From Ramazzottius varieornatus (taxonomy: Eukaryota; Animalia; Tardigrada): a stretch of DNA of 64,000 nucleotides. The stretch is from the NCBI GenBank assembly GCA_001949185.1, contig BDGG01000006.1, positions 292,827 to 356,826 on the forward strand. The letters run 5' to 3'. The notes beneath the pieces are model-generated. The model ran no database searches, was not told where the DNA came from, and saw only the letters and a list, made by a program, of their open reading frames with translations. Of this stretch, positions 1 through 12,607 are shown one piece after another. Every line of letters starts with the position of its first letter. The first letter of the stretch is position 1. The translations under genes were made by a program, and so were the position numbers.

Positions 1-3000
1 GATGCTGTCCAGCTCCACTCTGCTGGGTGAGTAGGGAAAGACAACGGGATAGACGTAGTCGGTGTTCATGGAGACACTGGAAGCCGCACCGGACACTGAA
101 GAGGGCGCCATCAGACCGGGCGCCATCGCATCCGGTCGGTCCAACAAGCGCGCTTGCATCTTCTGCACAAAGGTCGGATCGACCTTGTCGTACTCTTCCG
201 TCGGTGTGTAGTTTTGCAGAAGCTTGTATATCTGCAAAAAGCACAAAACAACTTTTTCCTCACTTGACAAGATTTCCGAAATTCATTGCAAATTTTACTT
301 GAATTCTATCAATATTTCTATTTTATTTTCTCAAGTCCCACCGCACCCATAATATGCTTGATTTTATTTTCCGAGTTCTAACGAGTGAACGTGGCAACAA
401 TATTGTTCGAGGCGACTCTTAGCCTTCCACCTGTGGTGAGAAACTGAGGGTTTGCATGGGGATAATTATTTTCTGATCTTGATGCGTGACAATAGTCTTG
501 GCGGGTTTCAGTAATTAATTACGGTGGGTGACAATAGCCATTTTGGGTTTCAGTAGATGACTATAGCTATTTCTTTAAGTTTTATCTGATTCTGTAAAAT
601 ATTCCCTTTTCGAGTTGTCCCTATTAAAAATGGTTTTGTTACCTGTGCGTTGGACAAGGCTTTGGCCATGTTGACAATGCCTTCGATATCTTCGTCCTTC
701 TGCTTTCTGGCTTGCAGAATGTGGGCACATTCGGTGATGGCGGCCATTGCCTGCATCATCTCTTCAGGTGGCAGCGTCGTCGAGTGTGAGCGCACAAACT
801 CGTGTAGCACACTGATGTTGGCCCTGCAAAGGAGACTAAAGATAAGTCACTCTTGATAAGAAACTTCAAAGCACTTTCTTACCTTATCTGTACGCCGGAA
901 ATGAAGGTGCAAGTCTTGGCGCTCTGCATGAGGAAGTTGACCGAGTTGGCCGACAGACAGAAGAGCAACTGCCGGAAGATCTGCCGAACCACCACAGGAT
1001 CGAGGGCGTGATCCTGTGTGATTAACCTGTAGTAATACTCCAGCTTCTTCTGTACCGACGCCGCACAGTCCGCCGGCGACTTGGTCTTCCACCTGCGAGC
1101 CAAGGTTCCTGGTTCCTTCAAGCCAAGCACAGACTCGTGCTCAATAATGGCTTTCGCTGCAAAAAACAAACATACCATCAACATCAGCCGAAGAATCAAT
1201 AACAAAAACGGGACCGGGCAAACGAATTGGGGCGGAACGTTTTTCCAAGTGGCACACGTCTCCGACCATTAATACCGACAACGTGCGCCGCTTGGTAAAA
1301 ACGATCTTGTCAAGGTTGTTTTGCCGAGCTGCCACTGGGAGTGGCTTCTTACCAGCGTCATCTTTGATTTCTCGCTGCATGAGGGTAACGAGAGAGCGGT
1401 AAATACTAAGGCACAAATCGTCAAAGTGGGTGCGGAAGGCACTGAGATCAAAGTTCTTCAAGCAGTGCTGATTCTGCTTGGGCGAATTCTCCTTCTGGAA
1501 GGTTTTGTTGTCACCACTGTACTGCTTCAGCAGATCCACCAGCCGTAGACCGTTCAGCAGCCACAGCGTAAAGTGCTCGATACCACTAGACTTCTTCTTC
1601 AACACATTCTGCAACACTCTCCACCTTGTATTTTTTTATATCCATTTTATATTGTCAAGTTCAGTCAAACCTGAATATTGATCTTGGTAGTGGAGAGAAG
1701 TTCCTTGACCGTCTTTTCATTGTTGACATGGTCGGTATAGCGGACAGCCATGAAGAGAATGTATGCAGGGAGGCCAGGCAGGACCAAGGTGCTGGCAACC
1801 TGCGGGGAGACGCTGACCAGGCAGTCGGCCAGACGCTTGGCCGTCTCCGAGTTTTGCTGGAACTCGATCATGCCTTGCTGTGTCGACTTCATGGTCACTT
1901 GCGGCATTTCCTCACCTTCACCACTGTATCCATTCTGACCGTATATCCCGTTCAACCCTGCCAAGCATAACAGACTCGAATGAAAAACTGCGGTTTCGAT
2001 AGCACTTTCAGTGACTTTTTCTGTACCGGTCGCATGGCTGAGCGTCAGTTTCTTTTCCAGTTTTCGCATTCTCTTTCTTAATTCTTGGTTTTCTTGCGCC
2101 AGGACACCATTGTGCGACATCGCCTGCTGCAAAAAGATAAAACAAAGTTAAATGGCCACAAGAGAAACCAACTTGGCTCATTGCCTCGCTCAACCAACGC
2201 ATTGAGCAATGTTCAGACTGTCTCATCGTGCGCCACTCTTCAACTGCGCTAATTGAAAACAAAGCAAAACACAACCACTCACCGTTATCTCGGCCATGAG
2301 CTGACTTGTCTGCACCCCGTTTTTCGCATCACTGTTGCTCAACTGCAACGGAGACAAATTCAATTAAAATGAAATCGTATCCCCTAGGAAGATTTTAGCT
2401 CATACGGCCGGCACTTGGCCATTTTTCTACGAAATTCTGACACAAACATCGAAAAGGTTCGTGCCCAGCACGGCCTTTTCCGTTCACTTCGTACAATAAT
2501 GGCAGAGTAAATGGCTAGCTAATCAGCTTGTTGGATGTGGAAGCAACTTACTCTTTTCAAGAGTTCCTTCAAATGGTGGTTCTCCGTCATGAGTGCCGTA
2601 TACTTTTGGCTCAACATAACATTCTTGTCCATAAACTGTTCGGTCTCGGAAGCCTGTATGGAGAGGGCTTCCCTCAAGGACAAGAAGAGTTGGTTCAAGG
2701 AGGCGCCGTCCAAGCCCGACACATCTTCCACCATGACGTTGGGCATGTTGGAGGCGGGCTCCTTTTCGCCGCTGAAGGAGTTCTCCAGCAAGCCCTGCAG
2801 AGTGTACAGCAGCTTGGTCAGCGTGTCGGGGTCGACTTCGCCGGTTAAAGCTCGCTGGCACTGGGCCAGGCATTCGCGCAAGCTGAGGTTGACTTCGATC
2901 AGCCGGCGGATGCGCTCGCTGACAATCTCGCCCAGTTCCGGTCGCATGTCCAATTGGTGACGGAGATGCTGCACCTCGTTGCGCAGACTTTGCACCTCGT

Positions 3001-6000
3001 TAATCGACACTTCTTCCATGCCATTCTGATATTCCTAAACAAGAGAAGAGCTGCGTCATTTTGCTGATGTGTCAACGAGATGATTACAGCAGAGACGTAC
3101 AAGGACCATTTCGTCGGCGATACCGTCCCCCAGTTTGGGTGATTCGAAGCCCCAATTGGCGTTGGCGGCGCTGGTGCCTTGCCGACTGTCGCCGGCCCTC
3201 CTTGACCTCTGTGTCGAATAACCATCATCCTACAAAGACAACAACTTTAAACATGCTCCTGGCACATGCCACGTCTGATCCAGATAAAGAGCAAACTACA
3301 AACTGCCAACGTACGCCGATCTCCGGCACGAAGGCGGTGGAGGCAGTGGCCAAGCTGACGTCGCTTTCCGAGCTGGCGTCGGATGGACTTCGCTGGTGGT
3401 GACTCCGCGTTTGTCTTCCCTCCATCCTACAAAACAAGACGGATGCTACCTTGCTTGATAACCAGCAGAGCGGAAGGGGGGAGAGACAGAGAGAGAAAGC
3501 GACTATTCTTCAAGCCCAACAGAGAACACGGAAGCATTGACCACACACCCAGCATCCGCAGTGACCGCCACTTCTGCATGTAAAGCAACTTAAACATCAC
3601 GGTTAAAAACCATAAGAAAAGCCCAACAACGAAGCGGGAAAAAACAGAGCGAGACATCAACCCCAACATAAAAAGCAACACCAGCGAGAAGATATCATAA
3701 AAGACAAAGGGGCAAGCAGCACATGTGAACGGAGTGAGCAAGCCTTTCACAGTTGAGAGAATGAGGAGGTTGTCATGTGATAAAGTCGCACGTGAGACTT
3801 GTGACAAAATGTGGTCCTCGAGTTCAGAGGTATTCCTCGACCGGTGCATGCCTTGACTTGTTCCTGATTACTTTGTGAGCTTTCTATCTCTGGAGAGATC
3901 TGAGAAGGTTAATTTCAGCGCGTGAACAGGACATGACGTACTTCATTTGGTTCTCCAGGTTGGCATGTCGTTGCTTGTACCGGTCCAGGTCGTCCACCGT
4001 CCGCTGCCGACCTTCCCTCTCATCGGCCAACTCCTTTTGCAGACCTTCAATCTAGAAAGGCCAAACAATAAGGCTTACCAATTGTTCAATTTTCCTGAGT
4101 GCTTTGACTGTATGTTACCCTTTCTTGTAGTTGTCTGTTAGCCACTCCCAATTGCGAGACGGCAGCTTGGTGAAGCATTTCCTTCTCCTTGTGCCAGCTG
4201 ACCACTTCTTCCGAGTGTTTGCTAGTCATTTCGCCAATGGTGTTGTCTTTGGCAATGACCAGAGCTCGTAGGATGGATAGGTCGTTGGAAAGGCCTTCCG
4301 TCTTTTTGTGCTCGTTGGACAGCTGGCTTTGGTATGCCATCATGTTCTGCTCCAGCAAGGCTACTTGAGCCTGCTTGTGCTGAACTTCGCTCTCCAGCTG
4401 ACGAACCAGCGCAGCCTTAACTCGAAGATCCTTCACTTCCTCCTCCAACTTTCGCTTGTGCGCCAACTCCACATTCTACAAACACAGGGAAAAAAGTGGC
4501 TTGTCTGAGAACCTAGAAAACAAACTCGCCAAGAGAGATCTTTTTCTCAAGTGGCGAAACTTGGGGCAAGACAGTGGTGGTTGCTTCCCAAGTGGCGCAC
4601 CCTTGATGCCAAGGCAATGCAGACGTGCGCCACTTAAGAAACAGGTTCATCGAGATTGTTTGCCAAAGCTGTTGAGGGTGATGAAAGTGTACTTGTTCAT
4701 TCAGCTTGTGTTGAAGTTCGATAATCTTATTCTCCAGGCCTTTGTTCAGCGACTTGATATGATCCACATCCCGAGCTTGTATCTGCAACGACCAAACAGA
4801 TGACTATGGCCAGGTAAGACAGACGCCGTGGCAGTTCAAAAAGCCATACTTTGAGAGCTTTGAGCTCTTTACGGGCCTTCCATCGTCGCCAGCAGGACTG
4901 CAAGTAGACGATCTTGTGGAGGATCCTGGCATATCGTTTCCTAGCCAGCCATCCTCGGACGTGTTTCTGAATGACGATGGCTTTCTGGTGCCGCACTTGG
5001 GCATAGTGGCGCCTGCGAGCAGCATATCCACGGGCCAAGGCCTGAAGAGCCACAACGCTCTTCTGGATGGACTGGAAGCGTTTGCGCTGTTGGAAACCCC
5101 GGAAAGAAGCTTGGATCTTGGTGGCGGCTGCAGTCTTTCGCAAGTGTTGGAAATGCCTACAAAAGCAAAAAAGGCCAATGAATTTGAAAAATTATCCGCA
5201 AATTCCCCCACTAAATTATCCTTAAGAATTCAGTATCAAAAGCAGTACAAAACTTTTCCAGAATGAACGGATGAAACTTACTTTCTGGCCAGGTAAGCTC
5301 TGGAGACAGCTTGTATCCTGATGACACTTTTCTTGAGCTGAAGGTACTTTTTCCGTTGGACCCAAGCGCGAACGGACTTCTGAATGAGGAGGCCCAGTGC
5401 CATCCTCCGTTCGTTCCGTAGCTTCTCCATGTAAGCCACCTGGCCAGCCCGGAAGAAGACCATGGTTTTGCCCAGCTTGTACTTGTCCGTGTCCTTGATC
5501 AGGTTCCGAACGATGGTCTCCACCGTCTTCCGCACATCTGTGCGCGACACTTCGCAACTGCGACACATGACACGGTAACGCACGAAGAACTCCCGGTAGC
5601 TCCACCTGTCAACAGCAAAACACGACAAATAAAGCAAACCTCACCTGCCAGCTCGGCAAGCAAACCCGACAATTTCGTTTACCAGGTGGCGTACAGCTCC
5701 CTTGTTAATGGCTGGAAGAATGCGCCACTCGAAAAGAAACACGACAAGATTACTTTCCAGGTGGCGCACGATTGCACAGTTTTTGGCTGACACCGTGCGC
5801 CACTTGTAAGAAACGGTCTCGTCGAGTGTCTTTGCCGAGCTTCTATCCCCTTCCTTAATTAAATTCGGAGCTTGAAACGTGATTTCTCGCACGATACTCA
5901 CCGTGAAGGATATCCGGCAGCACTTATGCGGATGGTTTCGAGGACGCCACAAGCTCGCAGCTGCTGGATGGCCCGTTTTGGATCGAACTTGAAGGCTGCC

Positions 6001-9000
6001 TTATCATCGTTAGGCTTGATGCAGCGGACGTAATGCGGCGTTGTGGCATTCAGTGTGTCCATCAGGGCTTTCAGTGAGTCTTGAAATTGCGAGCCAACCT
6101 ATAAACAGACAGAAGACCAGAGGTCAGATGGTACTGTACCGCCCAGTACAGATCCACAGCAAAGGTGAACCCTCCTTCGTCCACCTGCCTACCAAGATCC
6201 TTGTTGTAAGCGTACGACGTTATGCACGCAGGTTCATGAACCGCCTGTTCCACCGTTCAAGAATGTCTGGAAAAAGAAAAACTCTTTTTCTTACCGATTG
6301 AGTGTGGGATTTATGTGTTCCTCTGGATGCTCCGCCGGTCGATCCGGACTGTTTGGTAGGTGTGCTTGCCGTCTTCCTGTCGTTCTTGTCGGGTGACTTG
6401 CCAGCCGTCAGGGTCTCCGCATTGTCATGAAAGAGCTGGGCCACTAGGGGGTAGTCGCTGGCACGAAGGAGGTTGACAAACTCGTCGTTCATCGTGTCAC
6501 GATTCTTGTCCAAGAAGCCATCACAGGAGTACTCCACTTTGTCGGCGAAATGGACAATGATGAAGGTTTCGCTGCCGAAGCGCGGCGTGTTGAAGTACTT
6601 CCACGTCTTCTCGGCTATCTTCTGCTTTTCCAGGGCTGCGTTCAGCATCTTCTGGTTCCAGGTTCGATCCGAACCACGTGGCATCTGAAGCAATAAAGAG
6701 GAGCTCAGAATCAATAACTAGACACTGTTCACACGCATAATGGTTAACTCGACCGTTTCTTCCAGCAGTAGCGCACATTACCATTGTCATCAGCTGACAG
6801 CCCACACCACTTGGGGGAAAACAAAAGCATCGTTTCCCCAAGCGGCGCACGCTCGCGGTGTTAGTGGCCAAAAACCTGCGCCACTTGTAAAAATGAACTT
6901 GTTAAGTTTGTTTGCCGACCTTCTGTTTCTCTTAATCGAATGTAAATTAAAATTTCCTGTTGGACTTTTTTCTTACCCGACATTCTTCGTCGAGAAGGTC
7001 CAATATGCCCAAATGGCCTTCAATAAGATCGATACACGGTTGATTGTCAAAGTAATCAATCATGGTCCATTCGATGCCTTCTCGGATGTACTCTTCCTGC
7101 TCCAGCTTGAAGACGTGAATAACAAACTGCTGCTGCAGCTTTTCATTGGCGTAATTGATACAAAACTGTTCGAAGCTGTTCTTTTCGAAGGTCTCGAAGC
7201 CGTAGATGTCGAGGACGCCGATGAAGTGGTGCGGATTGCGATCCGGAGCCAACTTCCGGTTGACGTGTCCCACCACCCAGTTGAAGAGGCGCGCATAAAT
7301 GTGCTTGGCAAAAGCGTCTCTCCCGGCTTCGGCCTGAAAGGAAACCACTCATGAGAATTTATTCTCAGTCTTAATCCATGGTTTCCGTACAAACCTCTTC
7401 GAGCTTCATAGGCTTGATCATTTCCTCCTTGGCCGACACCAGCTTCCTCTTGGTCAGCCATATGCTCAGCTGGGAGGCGTTGATGCCTAGAAGCCGCGCG
7501 AAGACCATCAAGTGTTCATCGTCGGGCAGGACAGTGGACGAGTCTTGGTCCAGAGCCTGGAACTTGATATCGCCCAGGTGGAGGATGCCGGCCAGGATGC
7601 AGAACATCATGTGCTGTTCTTGTTGCGGAAAGGATAGCAGATCTAGCGCTTGACAGGTCTCTTCAAAAGCCTCGAAGTCATCGACACCAGGTATCACAGG
7701 GTTCTGACCGTGACTGGTGTACCGAAAGGAATCGGGCGAACCTGCAAGAAAAACCTTCAAATAAGAAAAATTGGAATCTCTGCATTCAAACTCGAAATGA
7801 TTGTTTTTCCAAGTGGCGCACGTTTTCAGTTTTGTCAGCTGGAATCGTGCGCCACTTGGGAAAACGCTTTTGTCGAGTTTGTTCTCCACAGTGGCGCACG
7901 TTCTCAGTTTGTCAGAAGTCGTTTGATAGAGCTTACATTTTGAAAGCTTACCGAGTTTCATCTCTGTGAAGTCTCGTGGACGTTCTTTAGCAGCCGCACA
8001 GAGTTGGTAAAAGATATGATAGTTTCTTTCCTCGATGCTCTGGAAAACAACTCTGGACTTTTCCAGCAGGTAAGTTCGCATCTTGGCGCCGATAATGTTG
8101 AACTGTTTGTCAAAGTCGATCTCGATAAACTTCCCGAAGCGACTGCTATTGTCGTTGCGTGTCGTCTTGGCATTTCCGATGGCCTCCATTATGGGATTGG
8201 TGGCCAGGACGCGTCGTTCAACATTGGTCTCCGTCGTCGACCCATTCACCGCCGCAAAGTAGCGCATGGCGAACTTGGCACTGACCGTCTTGCCTGCACC
8301 CGATTCACCGGACACAATGATGGCCTGATCCTTATCCTCCCTACAAAACGAAGCCAGTTACAGAACGGGGAGAAACGGACAGAATCTGAGCTTACCTTTC
8401 CATCTTGGTGTAGGCTTCCTCAGCGATGGCAAAGATGTGCGGGTCGAGTTCGCCCATGGCGCAGCCTCGGTACGTTTCCATTGTGCTTTGGTCGTAGATG
8501 GGTAGTTCATTGTAGGGATTGATGGCCACCAGAACGATGCCACAATAGGTGTAGATGGACTGGTATTCCACAAAGCGCACTCTGAGGTTGTGAAGGACTA
8601 GAAAAACAAACAACCTTTGAAGTAACCCTCGCTTGCGCAAGAGTGCGGTTCCTACCTGCGGGCTCATGGAGGTAACTCAGCTGCGTCAAGTCGCTCCTCC
8701 CGCGAAAGATTTCAGGATTCCTCAGCGGAGGCAAATCTGTCTCTTCGGCTATCTTCACCGTTTTAACCTGTCAAGAAATTAACAATGAGGCAACCCATGA
8801 CGTAATCGTAGTCAGTGGACATCACCGCGTTTATGGTGACGTAGTTAGTCTGAGTAAAATATCATACCGTGCCATCTGACTCCAGCCGAACGTCCAGCGT
8901 GGTCGTCTGTCCCGGGACGTACGCGTCTACTAATCTTCCCAGCTGCCACACAGCCTCCTCCGACGGCATCCATACTTGAGTGCCCTGAAACAAAATCAAA

Positions 9001-9765
9001 AGGGAAAATTACACCACGTCTTTCTGCCTGTCAACCTTGACGGTCGAGATGACAGCGTTCGCCGTTCGCAGTTGCTTATTTATTCAGTCGCTATTTGTGT
9101 CGTGGGTGTAGCCTCAACTTGACCAGAACATCTCCGAGACATTTACCGGTCATCTTCACTACAAATTATTCAGCGTCTTTCACCGCATCCTCCGCGCCAC
9201 AATGGAACTCGTCAAGGAAGAAGAACGTTATTAATGTACTCGTAAAACTGCAAATGGCGCCTCCTCTACCGACTGTCACGCTATAAGGTTCCAATGTGCG
9301 AAATCAAGCGGCTATTTTTACCCACCGATACAGCTGAGATGCTTCTCGAGTGCAAATCGATGAAGACTATCGTCGGAAATTCATCCAAGAGTTATCGACG
9401 AGTTTTTCATCTTTTTTCGTTCGCCAAATCGATATTTTCTAAGTTCCAAAAAACAACACAAAGCCTCCCATCGTGACGTCGCCAATATGTATCTACACCA
9501 CTGCAGGTAAGGAATGGCAAGCCATTCGGTAAAAACAGAAGAAAACTAACCACCTGTTTTTACAGTGGAATTGAACTCCATAAACGCTCGGTCGTGTGGG
9601 TTTGCTGTATTTACTAGCGGATCAATCTACAAAGACCCTGCCCGACTCTTGGATAAGCTACGACGCGTTCGTTCGACATCAAGGTAAACATCAAACAAAA
9701 GTAAGGACCACCACGACAAGGCCCGTCGTAAATCATACCTTGGAATATAACTCCTGCGTGCTCAT
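1..9765 (-). CDS. MYO5: Unconventional myosin V (multi-exon; 3' end continues past position 1)
   Basis: Exon 1 MSTQELYSK (9765-9739) splices to GTQVWMP. Motor motifs: [10 protein letters not shown]-loop, [28 protein letters not shown]. Six IQ motifs (5400-4860), coiled coil, and a dilute/cargo domain. The last exon (231->1) reads [26 protein letters not shown]...[11 protein letters not shown]. Confidence 0.95.
486..570. repeat. Short degenerate tandem repeat (period ~42 bp) in the last myosin V intron
   Basis: gtgacaatagtcttggcgggtttcagta at 486 and gtgacaatagccattttgggtttcagta at 528, with a partial third copy tgactatagc. Confidence 0.55.
1213..1330. repeat. Palindromic element family 1, copy A (myosin V intron)
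   Basis: CCAAGTGGCACAC-25 nt-GTGCGCCGCTTGG followed by the tail gatcttgtcaaggttgttttgccgagct. Confidence 0.85.
2403..2480 (-). repeat. Hairpin element family 2, copy a (myosin V intron)
   Basis: Reverse complement reads GAAAAGG-c-CGTGC-tgg-GCACG-aa-CCTTTTC...aatttcgtagaaaaatggccaa, homologous to copies at 19981, 23920 and 41407. Confidence 0.75.
4512..4660. repeat. Palindromic element family 1, copy B (myosin V intron)
   Basis: Left outer arm aaacaaactcgccaagag..caagtggcg, then CAAGTGGCGCAC-24 nt-GTGCGCCACTT and right arm tcgagattgtttgccaaagct. Confidence 0.85.
5650..5841. repeat. Palindromic element family 1, copy C (two modules; myosin V intron)
   Basis: Outer inverted ends agctcggcaagcaaacccgaca / tcgtcgagtgtctttgccgagct enclose two arm-25 nt-arm modules. 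Confidence 0.9.
6746..6920. repeat. Palindromic element family 1, copy D (two modules; myosin V intron)
   Basis: gtagcgcac-25 nt-ccacaccacttgg and caagcggcgcac-25 nt-ctgcgccacttg, with tail cttgttaagtttgtttgccga. Confidence 0.8.
7788..7910. repeat. Palindromic element family 1, copy E (myosin V intron)
   Basis: ttttCCAAGTGGCGCAC-25 nt-GTGCGCCACTTGGgaaaa, tail ttgtcgagtttgtt, then a further half module cagtggcgcacgtt. Confidence 0.9.
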
Positions 9766-10322
9766 CTTGCTGTGCGTCCTTACTCTCAGCACGCTGGTTT
9801 GTTCAATGGATATGTAGGTAATATTCCAGGCTTTAGGACCATCATCTGGGAAAACAGATTAAGAGTACAGGTTGCTGGAAAGTAGGCTTTTCACATTGTT
9901 GCTACATTCCACGTGCTGCGCTTTCTTTCACTCCGCTCCTTCGTGGGCAACACGCTCTCTGAGGCTCCGAGGGAAACTTGGTCAAGCAGAACAACGATGG
10001 GGTAATGATGCAGGACCAACTTGTCAAGAACCAAACTTGAAGTGACAATGTTTCCACCTCATAAAGATGACAGATCACGAAACAATACAGCACTGACGAA
10101 AGTGATTCACGGCAATTTCACGCTCTCTGTGATGACTGTAAGTTTGCTAAACAGCAAGCTCAGACACCGGCTCGGGTTCAGCAACCCCGGACCGACGAGG
10201 GGTGAACCGTGAAGAGAACTGAAGGTCATGAGAGGTCGTGCTTCTCACCCCGAGCCTGAAGACACGTCACCCTGTGCAACTCTCGGGGATGTCCAACGGA
10301 CAATCAGACGCTACCCGGGAAC

Positions 10323-10836
10323 TGGAGTAGGGAAATGGATCGCGCGGCGGGTCCACGCAGAAGCGGGCGGTGGTTCCCGCCCGCTTCCGCCCTGGAATCT
10401 GCTGAAATTTTTACCGCTTGGACTCGCTTGGTATATGATGTGACTGTTTTCCGCCCGCCCCGTATCGCATCAAGTACGTCGTCCGAAAGATTGTTCAGTG
10501 ATGCGGGTAATATTTTTACTGATAAACGTACTATGCTTGGAAGTGAAAAGCTTGATGACTTGTACTTGAAAATGGAATTTGGAGTTTGCTGTATCAGAGC
10601 CAATAGTCTCTACCGTCACGGCTAAGACTTGATGACTATGTTTCTTCCATAGTAGTTGCTTCTGAATTCAGACTGGTTTACCTTGCCTGAAGTACCGCTC
10701 ACTTCCGCTTTCGCGTCGGCATTAAAGGTTTACCGCCCGCTTTCGCCTTGAGATTACCAAAAATTATTCCGCAGTCCAGCGTGAACAAGAAAATTCTGGT
10801 TTCCGCCAAGGAAAAGTTGAGCGGTTCCCTACTCTA
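10323..10836 (+). mobile_element. Non-autonomous hAT DNA transposon with a dimerisation-domain remnant
   Basis: TIRs tggagtagggaa / ttccctactcta (11/12 match). Flanking 8-mers ccgggaac / cgggtaac (6/8) resemble a decayed 8-bp TSD. Subterminal ttccgc/ccgc repeats. The internal peptide ASSTSSERLFSDAGNIFTDKRTMLGSEKLDDL matches the hAT C-terminal dimerisation motif. Confidence 0.75.
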
Positions 10837-11172
10837 CGGGTAACTGTTCCCGATTAGAATTAGAAAGGTCAGGCAGTAGTCAGTGCAATCCCGTTTCCGC
10901 CCGGGCCTCGGCTGTCTGATAGATTTCTCCCCGCGGGCCAAGTTGACGGATTATGAATATGAAATTATGAATGGTGGGGCTAATGTGGGACCCGTCGCAG
11001 CCTACGTAAGTTATGATTATGGTGTGTGCTGTGTCAGACTATGTGAAGTGTGTGTTGAAGCTTCAGGGAGCATCGATTTTCGAGTGGGACATGATCTGGT
11101 TAATTTTCCCGTTCTTGCTCTGATGTTTGCATCCTGTTGCACGATCTGTAGGTGACCCAAAGAAGCAGCTGA

Positions 11173-12607
11173 ATGGGGAACGCTGCATCAACCAAAGCCC
11201 GCGGCGACTCGGTGGCCATCTCTGGCGGGGATGTGACGGGATTCCTGGAGGAGGCTCGCGAAGACTTTTTGCGCAAATGGGATGCAACGACGACGAACCA
11301 GTACGTGCTGGACGACTACGACCGCATCAAAACCTTGGGTACAGGCTCTTTCGGACGGGTGATGCTGGTACGGAACAAGATTACCAACGCGATGTTCGCT
11401 ATGAAAATTCTGGAGAAGGCCAAAGTGGTCAAGCTGAAACAGGTCGAGCATACATTGAACGAGAAACGAGTACTCAAATCCGTCGATTTCCCCTTCCTCG
11501 TTCACTTGGAAAGCGCTTTCAAGGATAATTCCAACCTCTACCTTGTCCTGGAATTTGTGCAGGGTGGAGAGATGTTTTCGCACTTAAGGAAACACAACAG
11601 ATTCCCGTAAGTCAGGATTAATTCCATGATTTAATCAGCTTTGTAAAACAACGCATGACGTCATTGCAGCGGCTGGATTGTCCAGTAAGCTGAAACATTT
11701 TTATTGCAGTGTTGATCATGACGTCATGATTTGATTCGGTTTGAATGAACAGACAGCTGACTACTTTCGGGCACGGCCTTGTTTTCGTTTCGGGCCGACC
11801 CGCAGTCCCGCATGCGCCGTCACTGGCCCGGTGGCAACGGTCGACTGATTTCCGTAGCGCTGGATTACAACTGAGAGTGCTTCTTTGGTTTGCAGGGAAA
11901 GCCAAGCCAGGTTTTACGCTGCTCAAGTTCTTCTGGCCTTTGAATACCTTCACCATCTCGGCGTCATTTACCGCGACTTGAAGCCTGAAAACCTTTTACT
12001 GGATAGCTCAGGCTATGTAAAGATCACCGACTTTGGTTTTGCCAAGAAGATATCGGGCAGTACGGGGCGAGTCTTCACCGTCTGCGGAACTCCCGAGTAC
12101 CTGGCGCCAGAAATCATTTTGAACAGAGGCTACGGTAAAGCTGTCGACTGGTGGGCTTTCGGTGTCTTAATATACGAAATGACGGCGGGCTTTGCGCCAT
12201 TCATGTCAGATGATCCGGTGAAGATATACGAGAAGATTGTAGCGGGCAAGTTCAAGTATCCCACACACTTTTCCGCCGACATCCGCGATCTCATCAAAAA
12301 CATCTTACAAGTTGACTTGACCAGACGTTATGGCAATCTAAAGAATGGAGTTAGTGATATCAAGAATCACCGATGGTTTGCCACCACCGATTTCATGTCC
12401 ATTTACGAAAAGACGGTACAGTGCAATATGTTCCTTCCCAAGTTCTTCATCTCCAGCATAATTCTCTTTTCGCTTTTGCAGCTTGTGGCGCCTTTAATAC
12501 CAAAGATCGGTGGTGTGGACGATTGTTCACAGTTTGATGACTACAAAGAAGTGCCTTTAACGGTGGGGAAAGAGATGGAATACGCTGATGTTTTCGCTGA
12601 TTTCTGA
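11173..12607 (+). CDS. PKA-C: cAMP-dependent protein kinase catalytic subunit, divergent paralogue (exons 11173-11606, 11896-12415, 12482-12607)
   Basis: MGNAAS myristoylation start, [45 protein letters not shown] and terminal FxxF. GT-AG introns are in compatible phases. Confidence 0.93.
11655..11730. promoter_or_regulatory. Two perfect CRE-type palindromes (ATGACGTCAT) in PKA-C intron 1
   Basis: ATGACGTCAT at 11655-11664 and 11718-11727. The second extends to the 16-bp palindrome ATCATGACGTCATGAT. Confidence 0.45.

Noticed and set aside
97-110. ctgaagagggcgcc shared with ~47276-47289, CTCF-like
   Set aside because: The first copy lies inside the last myosin V coding exon, and a single 14-mer match is not enough evidence.
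5650-5841. Repeat-spacer-repeat pattern of family 1 as a CRISPR array or attC cassette array
   Set aside because: The arms are inverted rather than direct, there are at most two modules per locus, spacers are homologous to each other, there is no cas or integrase gene, and the context is eukaryotic introns.
1213-7910. Family 1 copies as intron-encoded snoRNAs or miRNAs
   Set aside because: Spacer orientation is random relative to the host transcript, there are no consistent C/D or H/ACA boxes, and the stems are short with a 25-nt loop.
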